A DNA stretch of 64,000 nt, from NCBI RefSeq assembly GCF_001194135.2, contig NC_068982.1, forward strand, positions 38,302,868 through 38,366,867, given 5' to 3'. Positions 12,864-25,574 of the stretch are shown piece after piece. Made by a program: the position numbers and the translations under genes. The notes under the pieces are model-generated. The model saw nothing but the letters and a program-made list of their open reading frames with translations, was not told the origin of the DNA and ran no database searches. Within the stretch, counting starts at the first letter, position 1, and the number at the start of each line of letters is the position of its first letter. This DNA comes from Octopus bimaculoides. Its lineage: Eukaryota.

Positions 12864-15412
12864 GTATTTTATTATGACACTTTACCTTCAGCGCCCAAAT
12901 CACACGCAGGGCATCTTTGCTTTTCATCCTTCTCGGGCAATAAAATAAGTACCAGTCATGTATTGCTGCCGATATAATCGCCTGTACCCCCACTCATATA
13001 CATGCAAAGGCAAGAAGTCATTATTGGTGATATGATAGAGTATGCCTTACATATTTAGTTATGGCACTTACATCTCTGAGTTCAAATCCCGCCGAGGCCC
13101 ACTTTGATTTTCTTACTTCCGAGATCAATAAAATGAAGTACCTCCGCAAAAAATGTGCTTTATCATTATTACTACTGGATTATATTTTGAAGAGACTAAA
13201 TGGAAGTTCTTTTAATTTTGATCAAAATTTATTGTTTTCATCTGACATGTTAGAATTTCTGTCCTAAATAATATACGCTTATGTATTGTAAAACAAGAAG
13301 TATAATTGTATTTGAATATTCTATCTCTTGCGAGCAATGATATTAGGTTGTTATTTCTTGTCAGCTGGAAAAAACCTGACAAATTTAATTTTTGTTTTGC
13401 AGATGTCTACTGAGATGGTAGCAATGGGAGGTAATATCTTCAACCGCTGCTGCTTCCTTCGTTATTCTGTGTAGGCTAAAGAAATTAGTATTGGGAATAA
13501 TTGACTAAATAACTACAATACGAATGTTACAGCCGGAATAAAAGCGAAATGAAGAGCAATAACAACGAAAATAATATGTGAAAAGGTGATAACAAGTGCA
13601 ACAATAGTAACAACATCAGCGACCACGAAAACCACACCAACGGAAGCAACGATAAGGATTGAATTACAGAAAGAAAGTAAATAGTAACAAGAAGGAAATC
13701 AATTCTGCGGTTGCGATAAAGGAGAGAATTGTCTTGACGTCTTACATAAAAGGAAAAAGAAGGTAATAGGTTAGGAAAAAATGGCGGAGAGATTACATTC
13801 TCCGAAGAAATGAAAGAAAAGGCACATGAATGCATTACTAACTAGAGTTATCTCTCAAAGTCACAGGGGGACTAAAAAATTCGGTTAAAACAGATTTTAA
13901 GAAGGCAATTATAAACATAAGACCAGCCATATTGCATACCAGTAGGAGCTTCGTTAATGGGTTGGTTGAAATTTTGTTCCATATGGAGAATGTAGCAATA
14001 ATCACTAACGCTAAACAGCAAACGATAAAATAAGAAAGTCACAACATAATTTGCACGTCCTATATTCTGGCCATGACTGGTTGCAATAATTATTCTAATC
14101 AAATACGCATCCTAACATCGTCTATTACTGACCGAAAATATATGATTACCACAGAAAGCCATTATGTTTAATGATTACTTTAGTCTTAATGGTATGAGCA
14201 ACTTCCAACTGTACAATGCAGTGAGAGATTACACAAGATTATCATTTGCAAAAAGTAGTGAAAAAATGGAAAAAAGAACAAATGCTGGAGAATTTACTGA
14301 AACTTGTTTAATGTCTGGAAAATTGACATTCACCATGAGCTTCTAAAACGACAGCAGCAAGAAACTGTTTGGACGAGCTATGAATGGCAACATCTAAGTT
14401 GAAATTCATATTTCAGTATACAGCAACCAAAAAATTACACGTAGATTAGAAAATTTTAGTTCTAAATTGTAAATATTATTAATTAAGTGCCATGCAGTAC
14501 AGTAACTGTGAAATTTTAACTATAAACAGCAGCTTTGTAATTCAAACAGAAGATCTTATACAGTTAATCATTACTACATTAGTAGTAAATATCGGAATCT
14601 CTGGAAAAATGCAAAAAAGAACTTATTTTACAAATGTTTGTTTTGTGTTTGTTCACAGCTTTATCTGTTAATTCATTCTGGTTTAATTGAAAGATGTTAG
14701 AAAATCATTTTTGGTTGTAACCCATTCTTAGGTTGCAACGTCTGCGTTTTTCTTATTCATAAGTTGGTAGACTTAGGGTCAAAATTGGTTTACTCTTGCG
14801 CATTCATTTTTATGTACAAATAATTTGTAATTGTAAAACCTTGTAGAAGAGATCTGCCAGCTGATTTTAACAAATTATTTCAGAAAATCAGGCTTTCAGT
14901 CAGCAGACTGTTGTGTAGTTGGGCTTAGATTTGAAACCGTGTTAGCTCAGTAATGAGAAATAGTCACACCATATGTGATTTGCCCTAGATTCTGACCAAT
15001 GGTATTTCAGCTGCAATCGTACGATCGCTGGAATTTTCCAGTAAAAAAGGCTATAAATTGAGATGCGCACCACAATAAACCAACGAGGGACAGAGGTAAA
15101 CACAATAAAGGTCCACGAAAAGATAGGTTTCTTAGTCGCTGCTCGGTGCAAAGTTAAAAGGGATTGTTTGATTACAATGGACGCAGGATTTTCTCGCTTC
15201 TCACAACACGAAGATATTGCTGTCCTTTACTAGTTAGCATTCCAACAAAACTCACAACTGGTAATCAGCAATACTGTCTACGCCAAGTGACTATTGTAAT
15301 TATTAATGTTTATATATAAATAAATTATTTCCTCGAAAACGTCAATGGACTTGGTTTTAATATGGGAAAAAACATGCAGCCTAAATCAGTCTACCAATTA
15401 TTCAACACCCTT

Positions 15413-15646
15413 TCAATCAAGCTTCCGCAGTAGTTTGTAAAAAAGATCTTTGACTGAGTGGAAAATTTGTCCTGCCCCTATATAATTTGTAATATGTAGT
15501 ATTTCAGCGGCTGATTTGTGGACGTCCTTGAATTCAAGTGCCGAGGTATATACTGTGCGTACTGATTTCAACATAAGGTATTCTGTACCGAATTCGTCTC
15601 TCAGCCGCGCCCATATGTCTTTGTATCTTCCAGTCTTCGCGTTCTC
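15413..15646 (-). mobile_element. Possible BEL/Pao-like gag (DUF1759-like) remnant
   Basis: ENAKTGRYKDIWARLRDEFGTEYLMLKSV...DLFYKLLRKLD resembles YxxAWxxLxxRFG...LxxKL. Cys-rich remnants lie further downstream near 15100. Confidence 0.35.
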
Positions 15647-15859
15647 TCTATCATGATATAATTTATGTTACTGAGAACATCATTCAATTGTAATAGCTAC
15701 TCTGTATGTTTTGCAAATGCCCATGACACCAAATTAAGTTACTTCACCAATTCCTGAGAAAATCTTATCTTCTTTACTGTGACTGTCTACATTTTCAGCA
15801 GTAGAAACTGACTGTGTAGCTCCATTCCGTCAGCTGAGGATTCATAATTGAAACAGGCA

Positions 15860-16276
15860 GATTGACTCGCCATTTTGGAGAGTTCGTCCACACATGCGCA
15901 GGGACATGTCTTCCGGAAGGTATGCAGGAAGTCCCTTATGCGCATGCGTGGTCATCCTATATCCAAACGTTCCCGCCTTTTTTCGACCTCTTAGCGCTGC
16001 ACATTTGAGGACACCATACGCTACTAAGAGCCGCTCCGTCAACTCTACCTTGAGTCAACACAGTCTACCACGGAGACAGTGGAGAATGACTTAACCATCC
16101 AGCAACTACACCGACGCCGTCTTCACACCAACCATAAAGGGCGACCTGGCAAAGCCGTTACCTCGAGATGTAAAGCTGAGCACCTCGTAATAAATATTTG
16201 TTTTGCTGTTATTCAATTCATTCAGCGTTTTCGTTTCTTTATTGAAGAAAATTGATTGTACGGGATAGGGTTACCC
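15860..16276 (+). promoter_or_regulatory. CpG-rich LTR-like or promoter-like segment with YY1, ETS and NRF1 motifs
   Basis: CGCCATTTT at 15868, CCGGAAG at 15913, CAGGAAGT at 15925, TGCGCATGCG at 15939, AATAAA near 16189 followed by a T-rich tract ending in CA at 16276. Confidence 0.45.
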
Positions 16277-16289
16277 AAGGATGAAAAAT

Positions 16290-17781
16290 ATGTATCCTTT
16301 TGATAAAAAAAAAAATGTCTCTAGCTTCTATTCAGAATTGCAATGTTGTAATCATTTAGGTCAAGGCTGATAGGGAATTAAAGAATTCTATGTTTTATTT
16401 TAGTCATGACAATAGTGAGCCCCTATCACCTACATTAGAATCAATCTAGATCACATTGGGTTATGGTTTCTAAGAGTTCATTGTGAAAATCAGGAGTGAA
16501 GTATTGTAGTTCGAACTCAGAAACATCATTTTGTGTGAATGGCTTATTACACTCAAACAGTCTCTGCTTTTCAGAAACTTCTATCTTTGATATACAGATG
16601 TTTGCGTTAAGTGTGTGCCTTGGCATCATTAAACATATACATCCGCCCACTAATTTTGTTAGAAAGTGACTTGCTTTTCATTACTTGCTATGGACAGAAA
16701 TGGATCATCTTCAGCTACATTTAAAGAAGAAATTTGTTTTATTTTCAAAAATGTTTTATGAACATCACTCTAGATATGATTTTCAACAACTTCTTTTCCA
16801 TATTCTGTTCCATTCTATTCTATTTTTTCTTCCGCGCAGGCAATCGCTTCTGACAACTTTTACGCCCTGCTGCACAGTTAATGTCAATGCATAGTCTACA
16901 CTCTACTTTCGTCCGAGACGTTTTCTTTGTGACTGGCAGAAATATCTCTATATTAATTTTTCAGCTACATCTTGCTCTTTGGCTCTCAGATATGTCATTA
17001 AATGGGTGCTCTGTATTTGATTTCATCAGAGCTGTTTCTATGCACACGGTTGAGTTCTTGGCTACTTAATGAACCAGATTAATTTCTGCATCTGACTGCA
17101 GGAGGGAATGTAGGAATATGCTACTCCTCTTAAAAATGCTTCTCTTTTCTTTCTTTATAGAACAATGGTCAGGGTCATGTGAATCCCTCTTTGATAGCAT
17201 TTGTCCAAGTCTTTAATAAAAAAGAAAAACAAGTACTAGAAGCTAAAGTATTAGGTTTCTTTTCTTTTCTTTTCTTTTCTTTTTTGATTCTTTTCAGATT
17301 AAATTTCACTCGGAATACCCAGTGTGTCATAGAAAATTCAATAATCATAGGGCTCAGAAAATATATAGTTTCTAGTGAAAGGAATGAAAAATGCAGTTGT
17401 ATTGGTAATGGCACAACGTCCAAATGAATTTTTGTCCGCTTTGAAAACGGGAAGCAGAAACAAATGGAGAAGGCAGTAATAGATGTTCCATCTAAAGAAC
17501 CATTTGCACTTCCATGTACATTTGCAGAAACTGAGAGTAATACGGAATCAAAATACTGAAGGTGATGGATCATCACATCCGACAGATTCTTCAGAAATAG
17601 ACAGCGAAGCGACATAGTGTAAGCCAAACCTAATCATATCAGAGAAAAAATGTATCCTTTTGATAAAAAAAAAATGCCTCTAGCTTCTATTCAGAATTGC
17701 AATGTTGTAATCATTTAGGTCAAGGCTGAGAGGGAATTAAAGAATTCTATGTTTTATTTTAGTCATGACAATAGTGAGTCC
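16290..17781. repeat. Pair of about 133-bp direct repeats (16290-16422 and 17650-17781)
   Basis: The copies differ by about 3 substitutions and one A in a homopolymer run. Confidence 0.95.
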
Positions 17782-18644
17782 CATTTTAGAATTTGACTCC
17801 TGTACAATACATAGAAGGGTTTAGTTTGTTGCTTTATTTATTGTAATAGGTGTCCAGACAATGTGGCAAATTTTCTAGGATGGTTTAAATTATTAGGGAG
17901 AAAAGCAGAGAAAAAAATGAAAACTCATAAACAAAGTCCAAGCCACAACGATTTAATGTTGAAGCTCAATCTTCTTCGCAGGGAATCTTCTCATGTTGAC
18001 AAAAAGTTGAGAAATCGTGTACATAAAAACTGGTCTAAAATATTACACCGTTTTATGGTCGTAGCAATCTTTCTCGTTGAGCTAGGCTCGGTATTTAGCG
18101 TGAGTTGGGTGATTATAGTATTGAAACCCAGTGAAATATATTTTTTTAATAATCATTGAACTTATTACACAATTTGATCTATTTCTGAATGGTCGGCTTA
18201 AAAAATTTTGGCAATCCTAGAAATGTCAAGCAGTTATATAAATCACCAACCCCGCAAAAAAGTGCACTATAGATGGTAAAATATGTTTAAAATTCTATTG
18301 TGGCAAAATTTAAAACTTCTAAGTGCTTCGCGTTTTCTATAGATCCAATACTAGATCTGGCTCGTGTTGATCACCAAACAATACTAGAATGATATATTGT
18401 TTCTGGAAAACAAGTAGATAGATTTTAAATTTTTCCGCAGACTGAATCGGAAAAGGATACTTCTCTGCAAGAACCTTTAGAAAAAAAGGTATTAATTTTG
18501 AAGACTGACGGCAATATGTCCGGTTACCTTACAAGAATGCAAACCTGAGTTAGGAACAAGAATTCAGTAATTCCCTGTATTATTCATAAAATCTTACTGA
18601 ATATGCTACTGCCTCTTGCAATGTTGAAACTGTTTGTTATTTAG

Positions 18645-18690
18645 GTTTTATATAAAGATTATACACCATTTTTCTTGTATCAACACTCAG
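18645..18690 (+). CDS. Candidate internal exon of an unidentified plus-strand gene (VLYKDYTPFFLYQHS)
   Basis: tttgttatttag acceptor and CAG|GTAAGA donor. The open frame ends in phase 1, compatible with the exon at 25479. Confidence 0.3.
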
Positions 18691-19321
18691 GTAAGAAAAT
18701 CTAATGATGTTTTCGGAAGTAAACAGAACACTAACAATAAAAGTCTTGGATATAGAAAGCTTTTGCCTATGTACGACTTGAACATTTGGGTAAAGTGGTT
18801 GAGGCAGCATTTACATTGAGATTCTCTTTTAGACTCTCAGTTAAGTACAATTTTTGTAGATTCAAGTTGAAAAAATCACATGGCGTAAATCTTCAACAGT
18901 ATTGTTGTGAGTTGTAAAGGCGTTATCACATTTTTTATGCAAGGGTGTTATCACATTTTCTTCGTGACAGGTTTTATAGCATATCAAGATGAAGCACATT
19001 GAATGAAGATTAAACCAAATCATTGATAGTCTCTGGTGACTAATTTTTATACTCCAGAAAAATGTTGTTAAATTAGATAGAGCATAACTAAAATTATTGG
19101 TTAGTGCATCGTAAAAATACTCAAAATTAAAAATATATCGATATTTATTAATATATCAAAACTTTGCTGGTCGGTCTGTAAGAAACAATTTAGTTAAGTA
19201 CATTAATATCTATTGAGTACAACTTATATACCTTTGTCCAACCAGTCACCATGATTGACCGCTAAATCTACAAGTTTTTCTTAATCCTCTTTTTATTCCC
19301 TCTGTTTATTTCCTCATGTTC

Positions 19322-19357
19322 CTTTCTGTTGAAGAGCGTAGGCTCCAAACGTAAAAG
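19322..19357 (+). ncRNA. Degenerate minimal hammerhead motif (PLE-type)
   Basis: cttt-CUGUUGA-A-GAGC(GUAG)GCUC-CAAA-C-GUA-aaag. G12 is replaced by C. Confidence 0.5.
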
Positions 19358-20091
19358 ACTTTCTCACCTTCCCGAGCGTCAAACTAATACACCTGCTTGT
19401 TGTTTATACACCTATCTTCGTCTTTTGTTTTTCTGTGAATTTAAACTATATATATATATATATATATAGTGCATAGATGGGATAACACACCCAGGCGGGT
19501 ACCACTCAAGCAGTCTATTATAATCCTAGTTACGGCTAACCACATCGAATGATAAGGAATATTCGTGGTAAACAATCACAATGTACTTCATCCGATGGGT
19601 AAATTCTGGGCTCGTTTCAGTGGATTATAAATAGTTTACAGAGTGTATATCCAAGACGATTCGATGAATAAGGAGAATAATATATCAACACATTTTTTTA
19701 TTATTACAGTCAATTATACTGTATATTTAGTTTAAATCTGCCCCACATATGTTTCTGCTGCATGGATATTTCGCAATGCAGTTTTCATTTGCATCCAGCT
19801 TGTTCATCTGGGGAAGAGTCTATGCAGCTTTAATCGAGGTATTGCACATTGTGGTGGTTTGAAGCAAAGTAAAAGTATATTGGTTTAGGTGGTATTATAT
19901 TTGGTAGAGGACGGTAATTTTTTTTTAGTGCAAAGAATTAAAGAGGAACATTTAGAAACCGGACAGCTATAAAAACGGTTACTAGGATGGCCTTATGATG
20001 ATCCTAAGGTTTAAACTACATATAATGTATAATTGACTGTAATAAAAAGAAATATGTAGATGTATTATTCTCCTTATTCATTGAATTGTCT

Positions 20092-20123
<32 letters not shown>

Positions 20124-20533
20124 TGCATGTATGCATGCATGTATTAGTATGACCCCAAATACAGTGTATCTATCAAGTAAAAATTTGAGTTGTTCGAGCT
20201 GAAAACCTACTTTCAAGACATTCTAACCGTTGCATTAAAATATCGATCTACACTGATGTCTAACAAAACTGAAATATGTCCGGAGTTGTAGTCATATAGC
20301 CAAAGATCAAATTGTCTCTCCACTGCATTCTACTTTTAATTAATTCTAATTAATATAAATTTGGGATTATCTCTCTCGTCTTAATGAAGACTAAACCAAA
20401 TCATTGATAGTTTCTGACAATGATTTAGTTTAGAAGTCTTCATTAAGTTAATGAGTATTTTTCTATTCACTAGGGATATAATTTTATTTGGTTAAAATCT
20501 ATTCTCACGCACATTACGAATACTAGCACGTTA

Positions 20534-21439
20534 CAGTAATCCCTCGACAATCGGGTTTGTCAGTAGAGGCAGCTTCTCCATGCAGAGATACACTCTTAAG
20601 GTTGAACCTCCTTTGAAATTTATCAAACCAGCCCTTGCTGGCATTAAATTCGGTTGGTTTGGTGGGAGATGCCGTAGATGGTCCTGATTCAGGGTCGTCT
20701 GGGTCGTCGTCATCGCCATACGCAAACTTGTCGTACAGTTGCCTGGCCTTCTCACGGATGGTGTTGGTATCCAAAGCAATGTTTTTCTTCCTGCAGTCAC
20801 TGAGCCAAAGGGCTAATGCACACTCCATCCTTACGACGGCCTTATTGCGGGAAGTTACCGCCCTTTTCGCTGTCTTGTTAAAAATCACTTTTACCGTCAC
20901 CTTTATATTTTTACGTCCTTCTTGATGTAGCGAACGGTAGATTCATTGATGCCGTAATGGCAGCCTACATCCACATACCTTCTCCTTTCCTTAAGCACCT
21001 CGAGGAGTCTCACCTCTGCTATAGTAAGCATCTTCCTCTGGCGCTTGGGTTCACTGCCAGAAGCCTTAGAAGGTGTAGAACTCTTGGGCGACATCGTAGG
21101 GCTTGAAATAAATTCAATCTTACACACAAATGCAAAACAATACTACACACTCGCTTCCCGAGTTTCGTTTTCCATACAGTATATGTAATTCTTTGTTTAC
21201 TCATCTACGGTATACTACGCTATACTGGATTTTTATGTAGTAAATTATTAATTTTTAGGCGTGAAAATGCTTATTTTACCACAGAAATAATTAAAATCTA
21301 AAAATATAACTACCTATCGACCGCAGAAACCCGCGATATACTGAGGAGTCCGCGAAATAAATTTACATATATTAACCAGAACAATTCCCGATGTACTGAG
21401 GGCGCGCTAGGTGAACTGCGATGTGGCAAGTGATTACTG
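20534..21439 (-). mobile_element. Tigger/pogo-type transposon, internally deleted (DNA-binding domains only)
   Basis: CENP-B N-terminal HTH (RKMLTIAE.VRLLE...YGINESTVRYIKK) and HTH_Tnp_Tc5 (LALWLSDCRKKNI...FNASKGWFDKFQRRFNLKSVSLHGEAAS). Termini are TA|cagtaatccctcg and gattactg|TA. Confidence 0.9.
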
Positions 21440-22359
21440 TATATTCAAGAATAGTTAGGCGCTGCATTCTCACTTTTCTAAATCAAACCGTAGTGATGAC
21501 GTGCCCTAATGATTAAGGCATTCGGTTGGCGATCATAAAGTCACGGGTTCAATATCTGGACCGGGCGGTGTGTTGTGTCACTTTGTTCCAGTCTACTCAA
21601 CTGTAATGTTTATCAACCGGATACTGGTCCAGTCCTCTATCTCGATATTCCTCTGGGTCAAGAGTGAGACAGCATAGAGAGTGTCTATGTCAGCTTATGA
21701 GTACATAAACACCTAAAGCAAGTAGCGAAAGCGTGGCATATATTACGAAACCATACTCGCTCGTGAGTGACAGCTAACTGTAGTTGTACATTAAGTTATC
21801 GTCGTATACACTGCTGTTCCAAATCTTGTCCTTCTGTCACCAGAAAATAACTGTGTCTATTTGCTTGCAGTAAACTAAATCCTTACTGTCAAAACCTGCT
21901 AAACTTAAATAAACGATGACAGTGTAGCTAGAGAGTTAAAGGATATAAATTACAGAGATAATTTACTTACAATAAAATTTTCCTGATCAAAATTGATTAT
22001 CTCTCTGGAAACAGAATAACATAAGACAGTAAGAACATAGGATGCGTCTTACATAAGAGATAAAGAATTGAACATAGTAAATATAATGATGTTTTGTAGT
22101 AAGTGCTTTATCTAAAATCTCTTCTTCTACAACTTTTTTGAGAAAATATAGAGAAAAACTTTTGTTAATAGCATTGTAGGGAACATGTCTTCTTAATCAA
22201 ATGTATACGTTATTAAATTATATTTCATTTTTCAACAAGAATTTGTGATTTCAAAATATATAATTTTGAAAATGAAACAATATTTTTGACAGTCAAATAA
22301 AATATCTGTTTATCAAATTATCTGTTTTAAAAGAAAGCACTTCTTAGTTCTCATGATAA

Positions 22360-22364
<5 letters not shown>

Positions 22365-22437
<73 letters not shown>
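22365..22437. repeat. (CA)n microsatellite
   Basis: Directly visible. Confidence 0.98.
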
Positions 22438-22438
<1 letters not shown>

Positions 22439-22639
22439 AAGAAATAAAAAAAAAGGAGAACAGTAGTGAGTTAATGTGCCTATCGCGAGAAGAATCTGTT
22501 TTTATTTAAGTTATGAATGTGTTGTTTTATTTTTGTCATGAACATTTTCAGCCAGCACAACTATTATCATAATCAAAATACAAGGAGAATGATTTGAGTA
22601 TTTCGTTTCAGATAGACGACATTTTCACGTTAATAAATT

Positions 22640-23510
22640 ACAGCTTCACTCTGGGATTCATCATCAGTGATGTTTCTGGGGTTGTAGGGAACCAACCGAG
22701 GTTGCTCAAGTCGCAGCTTGCATTCTTGTAGCAGGAAATTGTCGGTTTACTTTCTTTGTTCACCAAGCTCAGACAGAATCAACGCACCAGAAAACCGGCA
22801 GCCTACTTCAGTTACCTCAAAGTATCCCCCAGCCTTGATATCTGCATTACTCTACCAGCACCTGGTATTTAGCAAGCTTTCCTTCATGAGCCTCATCCAT
22901 GTTTTCTTTTCAAAGTACAGTCAGTTTTCACTCGATTACCTGTTGGAATTTCGAAAGATAACTATGTATGGGCGGAATGCCATGTGTTTTGATATGGTCT
23001 ACTCTAAGAACTTTAACTGCTTAACGAGATTCACTCTCAGCTGCTAGTCTGACGTTGTGGAAAGCAGACTGAGTCGTTCATGTTTCAGTGAACTGGGCTT
23101 CTTTCGAGCATTGAGAAAAGTGATGGCTTCCTTCCAAGAGTGATATTTGCCTGACTTAGTGGATGTTTTTATCACGCCCGCAACTTGAAGACCTGGTCAT
23201 GTCATCAGCGATAGCGACCATCAGTTAAGGTTCTGGGAGTAATTGCTGAGTGGTGTGAAGAGAGCCTTCTTCCGTATAGCACGGACAGGAAAATGCTTCA
23301 TTCTTGCTTTTTGTGCGAAGGTTTGTTGGATTTGGTAAAGTGTCACGAAATCCGATGCACTGGATGTCAGATCGCTAGAGTTACAACCATGTGATATTTC
23401 GCTGCTGTATGTTAACCCACCTTGTCCAGATTACTTGCTGGAGGATATCCAGCACCCGTCCTGCTATCTTGTGCTTCTTCTACGTACGAACGGACTTCTT
23501 CACAAAATTA
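22640..23510 (-). mobile_element. HERO-like (R2 superclade, restriction-like endonuclease) LINE 3' fragment
   Basis: Across frameshifts: IWTRW, DTLPNPTNL, GRYR*RHDQV, RPYIVIF, ELTVL*KENMDEAHEGKLAKYQVLVE*CRYQGW and EVGCRF. These match RHD, PD and ELTVPWEENxxEAHERKxxKY motifs of HERO-type elements. Confidence 0.8.
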
Positions 23511-25478
23511 AAGCTAAATGCAAAATATCTTTTTTAAAGCAGCCCTAAACAGGCACGTCGTCCACTTTAACTGTTTAGCAAGAAATGTAGACAAATGCCA
23601 CAAAGTTTGGAGAAGGGTATAATCAGGTCTTATGGACTACAGTACTGTCTTGTACTTATTTTGTCAGTCCCCGAATGAAAAATGAAGTCGACCTAAACAG
23701 GATTTGTATTCAACACCTAAAGACATATTCGGCTGAAAATCCCAAACCAACAGCACGTTACATATTAAAGCGAGGAAACTTTAAAAGAAAGAGATCCGAA
23801 TAGAAGTTCAAGAAGTTGGAGCTGGACATTGGGACAACAAGAAATCATATAAGACTTTCAGTTCGAATGAAAAATTATGGTAGTGTGTGCTTGTGTTCTA
23901 TAATTCAGTAAGTTGCTGGGACTAACGTTGAAGACCATGTCACCGAGTAGTATATTCAAGATAGATCATACTGACTATAATCACTGGAGGACTTGCAAGT
24001 TGACGGTCACGTGTGAGCTTTTTCTTTCTCTACCCCATCTTTATAGCTCTGACATAATTATAGTACCGTTGATAAATGGCGAACTGACAATCTCTCAGTT
24101 TATTGCCTGATTATTCAAAGATTTACAACTCAGTCATTCGTCTTCACTCACTAGACGAATGTAACTAAAGAAATAATCTAATACAGATAACTTGACAGAT
24201 TAAATGTATGACGAAAAACATCAAAAGAAGATGCCGCAATGTAGTTCAGCTAATATCGATTCAAATGATACAGTAAGATACCGTGTTCTTAGAAAAAATA
24301 TAGTAATTTACTCTACAGCGGTCAAGTAATATTGCTATCATGTAAAACTACTGCCAATGCGAGAGCTTAAATCCAAACTAATGATGTGACCTTCATGTGG
24401 TAGCTTGACCTGCCAGAAACAGTAGCCAAATTTTAGTGAAATTCCACCTTATCGTCTTGAAAAAGGAAGCACACATTAGATGGCACAATCCTGGATACGC
24501 TATGCTCAAAGAAAAAAAATAATGGGTTGGTCACACCAGGTTCGCCGATTGAATGAAGAAATGAAGTGATTACATTCTTAGAAGCTGCCTCCCAGAAGTT
24601 CCACAGGTTGATAACTAGATATTGAAGTAGCACTCTGCCTGTCAAATTAAAACGTAGTTATGGAATAGAAACCAGACGTGTTTTCTGTACAGATGAAAAT
24701 TCTAACTTTTCAACATAACTACAATAAAAACAAAAACAAAATTAAAAATAAATATGCATACACACATGATTTTATTATCTTGGACTTCAAGAGCCTGGAT
24801 ATACTTTTCCATCATCTGTAAATGAATTATATACCAATTAAGAGACAAAATTTATACGGAAGATACATTTAAATAAATGCATATGCAGCTGTATGCATAA
24901 TTTCGATTCTCTCGCTTTCATAATGGACTAATTTAAAAAAATAAATGCAGAATTCTGCTGCATGATTTACGATTTTTAAAATTGAAATAAAAACTCCTCA
25001 ATTATGGTCGCTAAGTAGTGTTAATATATTTAATGCAACAAGCATTAAAAAGCAAATTAGAGAAGAAAAAATAACGATATTAGCCAACAGCTAACATTAT
25101 TTTTTATTTCATCGACAAGTATGGTAGACAATTCTGGTCATTTTTCAATTTTATTCTAATCTCAACAGCGAAACTGAGAGAAACACTAAGTATGGATTAC
25201 TGTGTATTTGTTGATATGGGAATATATATTTCGGAGATGTACTAAACATGCAAGTAATATGATCTGAGACTGTGTGGTGAAACTAAAATGATGGTTGTAT
25301 GGAAGACACATATTAGCCGTGCAAAAATACATAAAAGCTATTAATTTCACTTAAAAATTTATTTGTTATTTGGAGCCAGCATTTTCGTCACATGAACTGC
25401 GGCCTGGTCACAGGCAGGAATATATAATTGTTTATAAACTAGGAAAGTAAATGCTTTTCTTTTTTATCTTTTAATCAG

Positions 25479-25574
25479 GTGGGGGTGAAAGCATTGCCCA
25501 TGACCTTTACAACGCCTCCAAGATTTATGGGCAGAATGGAAAGAAAACTTGCAGTAGAGCAGACCCCATGAAAG
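25479..25574 (+). CDS. Candidate internal exon (phase 1-1, 96 nt; GGGESIAHDLYNASKIYGQNGKKTCSRADPMK)
   Basis: Strong acceptor cttttctttttatcttttaatcag and AAG|GTACTG donor. Only one frame is open. Not repeat-like. No family recognised. Confidence 0.4.

Noticed and set aside
13403-13430. First coding exon MSTEMVAMG
   Set aside because: The splice signals are good, but joining to 18645 gives an immediate stop and there is no other support.
13480-14400. pol region of the putative BEL/Pao element
   Set aside because: Hand translation of the frames examined showed no RT, RNase H or integrase motifs.
19780-19850. Second Helitron fragment (GRVYA)
   Set aside because: A single short motif with no supporting neighbours.
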